Below, piece after piece: positions 31,962 through 39,594 of a DNA stretch of 39,594 bases (its first letter is position 1; every line of letters begins with the position of its first letter). The DNA comes from Vezdaea acicularis (Eukaryota): positions 62,001 to 101,594 of the forward strand of contig JAPEUI010000063.1 in the NCBI GenBank assembly GCA_026025075.1, read 5' to 3'. Below the pieces are notes generated by a model. It saw only the letters and a program-made list of their open reading frames with translations, ran no database searches and was not told where the DNA came from. Both the position numbers and the translations under genes were made by a program.

Positions 31962-34900
31962 ATGCCATCAGCGGCAATGCCTTCACACGCGATTAGCCCT
32001 GAGGGAAAACATGCGTCTTCCCGGCGGCAGCACGCTGCGGCAGCGAACAACCAGAAGAGTAAACCTAGCAAAAGCGCGGCTCCTAAGAAGGATGGGGCAA
32101 ATCAAAGGGCCGCTCAGGATGTTGCTGGGCTGAAAGACTATGTATGGGTATACCTTACCAATGATGTACACTTGGCTGACTAGTTCGGTCTTTAGCAATT
32201 GGGGGACTGCCTTGGGAAGGGAGCGTTTGGCTCGGTATACAGAGCGTTGAACTGGGGCACGGGGGAAACAGTAGCTGTAAAGCAGATTAAATTGGCTGAT
32301 CTTCCGAGCGCCGAATTGAGGACAATTATGGTGGGCGCTTTCGTGGATACCGACATACTTGGTACCAGGACTAATCTTCGTTTTGGCAGCTGGAAATTGA
32401 TTTGCTTAAGAACCTGAAGGTCTGTTACAAGCCCTTTATGCATAGCTTTTGAGATGAAGTATGGCTAAGCATGGTCCAGCACCCGAACATTGTGAAATAT
32501 CATGGTTTTGTAAAGTCTGCGGAGTCGCTATACATTCTGCTCGAGTAAGTAGCATAAAGCCCCCCTGCCTAAATTACTCTTTTTAAATTTTCTCCCCTAG
32601 GTTCTGCGAAAATGGCTCTCTGCACAGCATATGTAAGGATTTCGGCAAGTTCCCAGAGAATCTGGTTGGACTGTACATGTCTCAAGTGCTACATGGCCTC
32701 CTATACCTTCATGAGCAGGGTGTCATTCATCGGGACATCAAGGGGGCCAACATCCTCACCACGAAAGAGGGACTGGTCAAACTGGCCGACTTTGGCGTTG
32801 CCACGAGGACGACCGGCTTACATGAATCAAGTGTCGTTGGGACCCCCTACTGGATGGCACCAGAAGTGATTGAGCTCTCGGGTGCTACTACTGCTTCCGA
32901 TATATGGAGTCTTGGATGTACGGTTATTGAGTTGTTGGAAGGAAAGCCGCCGTACCACAAGTTACAGCCAATGCCAGCACTGTTCCGAATTGTCAACGAT
33001 GATCATCCTCCTCTTCCTGAAGGAGCTTCGCCAGTTAGTTCTCAAAGTTTACTTGTCGCTTCTTCATAGCTACGCTAACAATGTACAGGCAGTTCGAGAC
33101 TTTTTGATGCAATGCTTCCAGAAGGACCCAAATCTGAGGGTCTCGGCAAAGAAGCTTCTCAAGCATCCATGGATTACTAGCGCTCGCAGATTGGATTCTG
33201 TTCTCCCCACGCAGCCAACGAACTATGATGCGGCAGTCAAAAGCGTACAGGAATGGAACGAGGCATTGAAGTCTCCGAAATCAGGCTCAATAAGGAAAGC
33301 TGTAAGACCCCGAGCACCAAGTCCAGCGCCGAGGCAAAAGGATTTTCAACATAGCCACGCAGCGCCTATTAAAGGTCCGCTTACATTGTTCAACCCACGC
33401 AAAGCGATCCGGACACAAGCCCTTATTACTCCAGAGGAAACTGGTGATTTCTGTTTACCTTTTGTTTTATCTTGACTAACATGGCTCCAGAGGATGTTTG
33501 GGACAACGACTTTGCGTCCGGGATATCTCCCAATGCGCTCAACCTTCCACATCTTAAACCGCAGGACCATTTTAACGGTAACCTTTCGTCCGACAGACTC
33601 AAAGCTTTTGCGACCCAAGACACTCCTTTGGAAGAACAGGACAATTGGGACTCCAACTACGAGGGCGAATTGACAGTCAAAAGCCCATTACATATGACGA
33701 ACGCAGATCCCCTTGAAACAGTCCGGCCTTACTTCCCTCCCAAGGCCAATACAGAAGATATCCGTCAGGGCCCTCCAACAAGATCTCCGGAGCGTAACTT
33801 TGGCCAAGCTCGGCGAAAGACTGTTTCAAGCTCGCCCAAACTGCAGAAAAAAGTGCAAAAGGCATCCCAGCCGGCCGCAGCCAATCGAGGGCGGTCCGGA
33901 ACATACACAACTGCCGCTACAGCATCTCCTACAGCCCTTAAGAGAAACTCAGAGACACCAAAGGCAAGCGATAGTCGGTTCCACATAGATAATATTATAT
34001 GCTAAACTTACCTAGAAGGATGATACGCTATCACCACGGCTTTTTCACCCTTCAGATCTTAAAAGTCTGCCGAGGTCAGCCCAAACGGACAAGGTCGCTG
34101 CAAGTCATCGCCGTAACCCAATACCTTTCCGAGACCGAGATACTTCTCCACTGCGTCGGATTCAGTCTTCAATCGAAATACAAAGATATGCTGAAAACGA
34201 GAATGATGACGACTACTCGGACGTGTTTGGGGGTGAAGACGAAGTGTCTGTTGGAGCAGAGAGTGACAGCGAATCTGAGCATGGGACTTTGATGCTCAAT
34301 TCAAAGCTATCCAACAACTCCTGGGTATGTGGCGCTTGTAAGTGAGACTGATTGAGGTTGCTGACGGCGACAGCTTGGAGATGAAGATGATGAGGACGAT
34401 CCATTCGCGCAGCTCGAGGAAGGGTTCGATGAGATGGGTAAGTCTTCGAACCCGCTTCAAACAATTCTTTTGGCCTCATAGTCTTCAGATCTGGAAGCAA
34501 ATATCGCAAGGGACAAATACGCAAGGTTATGTGTCATGGTTGAGAGCTTAGTTGAGTCACTCAAAACCTCTCAACCAGATGATGTCTTGTCAGACATTTC
34601 TGAGCAACTAGTATGGGCTCTTCACAGGGTGTAAGAGGTCGAAAAGTGCTAACGCGACTCAGATGGACGTGCTACTGGAATCTCCTGAGACTAAGGGCGT
34701 GATAATCAGCGCTCATGGCATGCTCCCTATACTTGAGATCTTGGAAAATTGCGTCCGTCGCGACGTCATCCTTCGCCTGCTGAAAATTGTCAATGCCGTT
34801 AGTAATGTATGTCCCTCACTATGAGAGTTGGTTTTAAAAGTCTATCAGATTATCCTCAACGATACCGAAGTCCAGGAGAATCTCTGCTTCGTGGGAGGCA

Positions 34901-36757
34901 TTCCCATAATCACGAAATTCGCGTCAAAGAAACAACCTAGCGAGATCAGACTTGAAGCTGCTGCATTTGTGCGACAGATGTATCAAACTTCAACCTTAAC
35001 TCTCCAAATGTTCGTCAGCTGCGGCGGGACGAATGTCCTTGTCGAATTTCTTGACGAAGATTACGAAGATGAGCGTGACTTAGTACTAATTGGCGTTAAC
35101 GGTATTGGGAGTGTTTTCGATTTCCAGGTGCGTCTAGCCATTTCCTGCACTGAGATCTCACGCTAAACCTTACTCAAGGGTCAAACCCAAAAGAACGATT
35201 TCTGTCGAATTCTATCCCGAAGCTCTGTGTTATACCCTCTATCTCTAGTCCTTACAAAGGTCCTAGATGAGGCTGGTGACGTCGCTGCCCTTTGTGAAGC
35301 TCGTATCGTCGACATCTTTTTCCTCTTTTCGCAGGCGGAAAGCCATGTTAAGGAGATGGTCGCGGATCGTATGATTTTGAAAAGTAAGCTATACTCCTAC
35401 AAAATGGATCAAGAATTTGACTTAACGATTGCGTGTAGTTGTTCTCAAGGACCTCAAGCGAATGAGCCCACAGCCTCAAATCACGATGCTAAAATTCATC
35501 AAGAATTTATCGATGCTCTCCACGACCCTCGATGCGCTATATAACTCAAACGCCATTGAAGTCTTGATTGATCTTCTTAATTCAAACAGGCGGGCAAAAC
35601 ATTTTCGCGAGATGTCCAACCAAGTACTAAATACAATGTATAATCTCTGTCGATTAAGCAAAAAGAGACAGGAGGACGCGGCACTCAATGGTGTAATACC
35701 CCTACTCTATCAAATTGTGAAGACGGAACGGCCTTTGAAAGAGTTTGCCTTACCAATCCTGTGTGATATGGCTCACTCTGGTAAAGTCGGGCGAAAGATT
35801 TTGTGGCAGAATAAGGGCTTGCCCTTCTATATCACCCTCCTAGCGGACCCTTACTGGCAAGTCACCGCTTTGGAGGCAATTTTCTTATGGTAAGTCTTCA
35901 CTTTAGACAATACTCGTTCAACGCGATGACTGATCTTTCGAAGGCTCCAAGAAGAGACTGCGAAAGTAGAGGAGCACCTTCTAGATGGGACATTCTCTGA
36001 AGCCATCGCAAATTGCTTCACCACTTCCAAAGCGAATGCTTTCGAGAATCTCCTCGAGCCATTGCACAATTTGCTGCGTCTGAGCCCCCCTGTAGCTCAT
36101 ACGCTTGCCCGACCAGACCTCTTCTCCCGCATTCTTCAAAAGCTTCACCATCCAAAAGTAGTTACACGACTGAACTTGCTCCGAATTGTACGTAGCATCT
36201 GCGACTCGAGCGAAGAGAATAGTAGCTTGATCCGTCGGTACGAACTTTTTGACGCCATTGAGGTCTTAGCAGAAAGGGATGAGTCGGTACTAGTCAAGAA
36301 TATAGCAGGAGAGCTACTGAAGTCAAGCACAGAGCATGAACGCTCTATCAACGGCAAGGGACGACGGTTGACAATGAGACCGACAAGCTCTAGCTCAAGC
36401 TCAAGCTCACCAATCACAAGTCCTCTCATGATGAGCGCCTCAGTGTCAAACATGGGCTACTACAGCGGAAGAGATGTGTCTCTTCGAAATGGCACCAATT
36501 CGAATAACACACCACCATTCCATCCAGCCAGCCGAGATCGCACTATATCAGATGCAACCTCTAAATCCTCCAATTCCAAGGTAAACAACGGCGTTGGTAA
36601 TGCGCCGTCCAACGGTAATAGCAGGTTACCTCGAACCGCTGGGAATCGCCTCCCTCGAGCTTCAATGGCGGGGCCGCTATCAAAAAGTCAAACTACCCTT
36701 TCAAACGGCTCTCCATCTCCGGTGCTACACAGAAGGCGTACAGGGGCGGTGGAATGA
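31962..36757 (+). CDS. sepH: Septation initiation / mitotic exit network kinase (SepH/Cdc7/Cdc15) with C-terminal armadillo-like repeats; about 15 exons; start approximate
   Basis: [45 protein letters not shown]; later [10 protein letters not shown] and RQEDAALNG. About 14 introns traced between 32142 and 35943. Confidence 0.92.
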
Positions 36758-37191
36758 TCAACCACTGAAATTCGTTCGTTGTCTTCAGTCGAGAGTGGAG
36801 CTACTCCTTCCCGTTCGGTCTTTTGTAAACCTGCGGAGAGCATAGCGAAGGCGTACGTGTGGATGGATTTGAGTCTGTTAACAGATACCATATCTTAGCG
36901 TGTAGACTCAATTCGTTTTAGCACTATGAATTGAGATTATCATCGTTACTAGCAAGGTATCACAACTTCATAGAATGCCTATAATGAGACCCTTGACGTC
37001 GAGTGACTTTTTGTCGGCAGCAGCCGAAATCGTGGCTGGCGCCACTAAAATTTTATGATGCCTTTATACTTTAGCTCGGCTTTAATCAAAGTAATAGGCA
37101 TCACCTCACAGCCGCTTTGCTATAACGAGAAGTATGGTGCAAGTCATCCATTCCTCCGGAATCATGAGATGCTTCTAGCTTGAAGCCAGCA

Positions 37192-38998
37192 ATGAAGGGG
37201 CTTCCAGTGCGTCACTGCGTTGAGCAGGTCGTGCCCTGGACATGCCGGCGATGCGTTCGAGCGAGGACTCAATTTCCTCCGCCAACCCAGTCGCGGCAAT
37301 CCTCCACTGTATGGCAGAAGCCTCGAAAACGACCAGGCGTGCGCATCGCATTATTAGCAGCCGCAGGAGGCACCCTCGGAGCGGGCGGGCTAGCTCTTAC
37401 GGACGATGCTAAGCATTACTATGGTGCGGCGGAGAGGTCAGGTCGGGTCCTGAGCACACTCGCTATATGCATCAATGAGTAGATGGAATGATTCAGCTGA
37501 TTGACTGAGCTAACATGGTCACACAGCTATCGTGTGACTCTAAACCACAAGACCGATGACCAGGAAGAGTACGCGGCGCTTCTCAAACAATGTCATCAAC
37601 GGTGTGCCGAGCGGACGCTCCGGGTGCTGGAAAAGAATGGGTCGATATTCATAAAGCTCGGACAGCATCTGAGCAGCATGAACTACCTTTTGCCCCTAGA
37701 ATGGACAACAACGTTCATTCCTTTGCAAGACAAGTGCCCCGTCTCACCCATTGAGTCGATTGAAGCGATGTTCCAGAAAGATACGGGTCAGACGATAGAA
37801 GAGCTGTTTATGGACTTTGAGCGCGAACCTATAGGGGCTGCCTCGCTGGCGCAGGTGCATATAGCCAAACTTAAGGAGACGGGGCAAAAGGTCGCAGTCA
37901 AGGTGCAGCACCCGGCACTGGAAGAATGGGTTCCTCTCGATCTAGCCCTCACAAGCTTCACCTTTTCGACGTTGAAACGAGTTTTCCCAGAATACGATCT
38001 GTCGTGGCTATCTGACGAGATGTCCTCCTCCCTACCTCAGGAGCTAGATTTTGTTCAGGAGGGGATAAATGCCAAACATGCGCGGGAATATTTCAGCCAT
38101 GTAAATGAGCCTTCTTTGGTTATCCCTGATGTCATCTGGGCGAAAAAGCGCATCCTCGTCATGGAGTACCTTGCGGGGCATCGCCCTGACGACCTGGATT
38201 ACATTGACGCGAATGGCATAGATCGAGATGAGGTGTCTGCGGCTCTCTCAAGAATATTCAATGAGATGATCTTCGGAGAGGACGCGCCTCTCCACTGCGA
38301 TCCTCATGGAGGCAATATCGCGATCCGCAAGAACACTCACCGCAGGAATCCGAACTTCGACGTCATCCTGTACGACCATGGATTATACCGTGACATACCC
38401 AAGGCTCTTCGAAGGTCGTATGCAAAACTTTGGCTTGCGGTCATAGATGCAGACGAGCCACGGATGCGCAAATACGCATATGAAGTGGCTGGGATCACTG
38501 ATGAACAGGTATGAGCTTCACGCCTCGACTCTGCCACTCTTGCTGACAAAAACATAGTTTCCGCTTTTTGCCAGTGCTATCACAGGACGTGACTATCGCG
38601 TACTAACAAGATCTGTGGCCGTCCCAAGATCAGACGAGGAGAAGGAGCATATATCAGAGGCAATGGGAGACGGCTTACTCCAACAGCTCGTGCAGCTCTT
38701 GGGGCAGGTTCCGCGAATCATCTTACTTATACTAAAGACCAACGACCTTACTCGCAGTTTAGACGAGAATTTACACACTCGTCAAGGGCCAGTGCGGACT
38801 TTCTTAATTCTGGCGCGATATTGCTCTCGGACGGTGTTCCAGGAGCAGATGGAAATCATCTCTCAGAATGGAGGTATCCTAAGACCGAGTAATCTAATAA
38901 GATTTTTAAGTGCATGGGGCACTTATATGAGGGTAGAACTAAAGCTATCGGTGTATGAATACTACATCTCTCTCAGGAGACTGGTTGGGGCGTCCTGA
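37192..38998 (+). CDS. MCP2: ABC1/UbiB-family atypical kinase (ADCK1/Mcp2-like, mitochondrial); 3 exons
   Basis: NGSIFIKLGQHL, PIGAASLAQVH, VAVKVQHP, ELDF, HCDPHGGN and YDHG. Introns 37479-37526 and 38509-38557. Confidence 0.85.
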
Positions 38999-39346
38999 TG
39001 CATTTGGGTTCATGCAGTAGGGGGTACCGTAGATAGACGCTCTATCTAGAAAATTTTGCTATCTTAGCGTAAATACTCCAATTATAATCAGCATACGAAT
39101 CGCAAGACAATTTAAACGTGCGAAAGTCTTTTGAAGTCTCCTGCTCAAATCAGAGTCGACGAATACTTCCCAGCTTTTAGGCACGCTCGCGTGTATTTTA
39201 CCGAAGCTCCGGAAGCTCGACCTCTGCACCCCTCTTCTGCAACATATATCTTTTGGCATTTGCTCAGGGCCCGACAACGACGCCTGCGCAACATGCGCCA
39301 GAGAACAAGAGCCTCGATTCCATAGCCCACCGCCTCCACCGCCACA

Positions 39347-39594
39347 ATGGCTCCCAAACGCAACCTCAACTCCCGCGTAAGCCCCACCTACTCTCCCCTC
39401 GCCCCTCCCCGGACCCTCGACATACCAAATCCCCCCTTTCCCCCTATGCCTCTGACTGAACCACCCATCTCGCACACAGACAGTCGCAGCCCCCATCGCC
39501 GCCTTCACAATGGCCTGTCTCCTCTTCGTATACAGCCGGACGTCCATCCGCGCCGCGAAGGAGAACGCGCAACGCCACCGCGAGGCGGACGGCG
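39347..39594 (+). CDS. 5' part of a small single-TM hypothetical protein, truncated by the window end
   Basis: cacaATGG start, MAPKRNLNSR, intron 39377-39479, then TVAAPIAAFTMACLLFVYSRTSIRAAKENAQRHREADG. Confidence 0.75.
   Translation, partial: MAPKRNLNSRVSPTYSPLAPPRTLDIPNPPFPPMPLTEPPISHTDSRSPHRRLHNGLSPLRIQPDVHPRREGERATPPRGGR

Noticed and set aside
37164..37183. Two 4-codon uORFs before the ABC1 kinase
   Set aside because: The TSS is unknown, and such micro-ORFs are common by chance.
1..39594. Transposons, RIP-mutated repeats, CRISPR arrays or prokaryotic systems
   Set aside because: No transposase or RT motifs, terminal repeats, AT-rich RIP tracts or spaced direct repeats were seen; the window is intron-containing fungal DNA.

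Overview
This is a gene-dense eukaryotic region from a filamentous ascomycete (Pezizomycotina), judged from short GT-AG introns with CTRAC/CTAAY branch points and the fungal orthologue set. I reconstructed 19 mostly spliced protein-coding genes by hand: PITH-domain protein, SDR, GS-like gamma-glutamyl ligase, Grx5, PPC decarboxylase, branched-chain aminotransferase, a 100-aa ORF, PNGase A, complex I 21.3-kDa subunit, Dot5/PrxQ, Ups2, Nem1, eIF2B-beta, Yfh7-like kinase, DUF1761-like membrane protein, a disordered hypothetical protein, Fol3, SepH/Cdc15 and an ABC1/Mcp2 kinase. A 20th gene is truncated at the right edge. I saw no tRNA, rRNA, CRISPR array or transposon. The most interesting observations are: (1) a candidate bicistronic locus, in which a 100-aa ORF lies 162 nt upstream of and in frame with PNGase A, with 452 nt free of ATG before an optimal start codon; (2) a divergent GS-like (flap Glu->Trp) / SDR pair resembling the actinobacterial GlnA4 amine gamma-glutamylation module; (3) convergent eIF2B-beta and kinase CDSs that overlap by 6 nt; (4) a strong-context uORF directly before FOL3; (5) a GC-AG intron in sepH. 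All family assignments come from motif recognition, not database searches.
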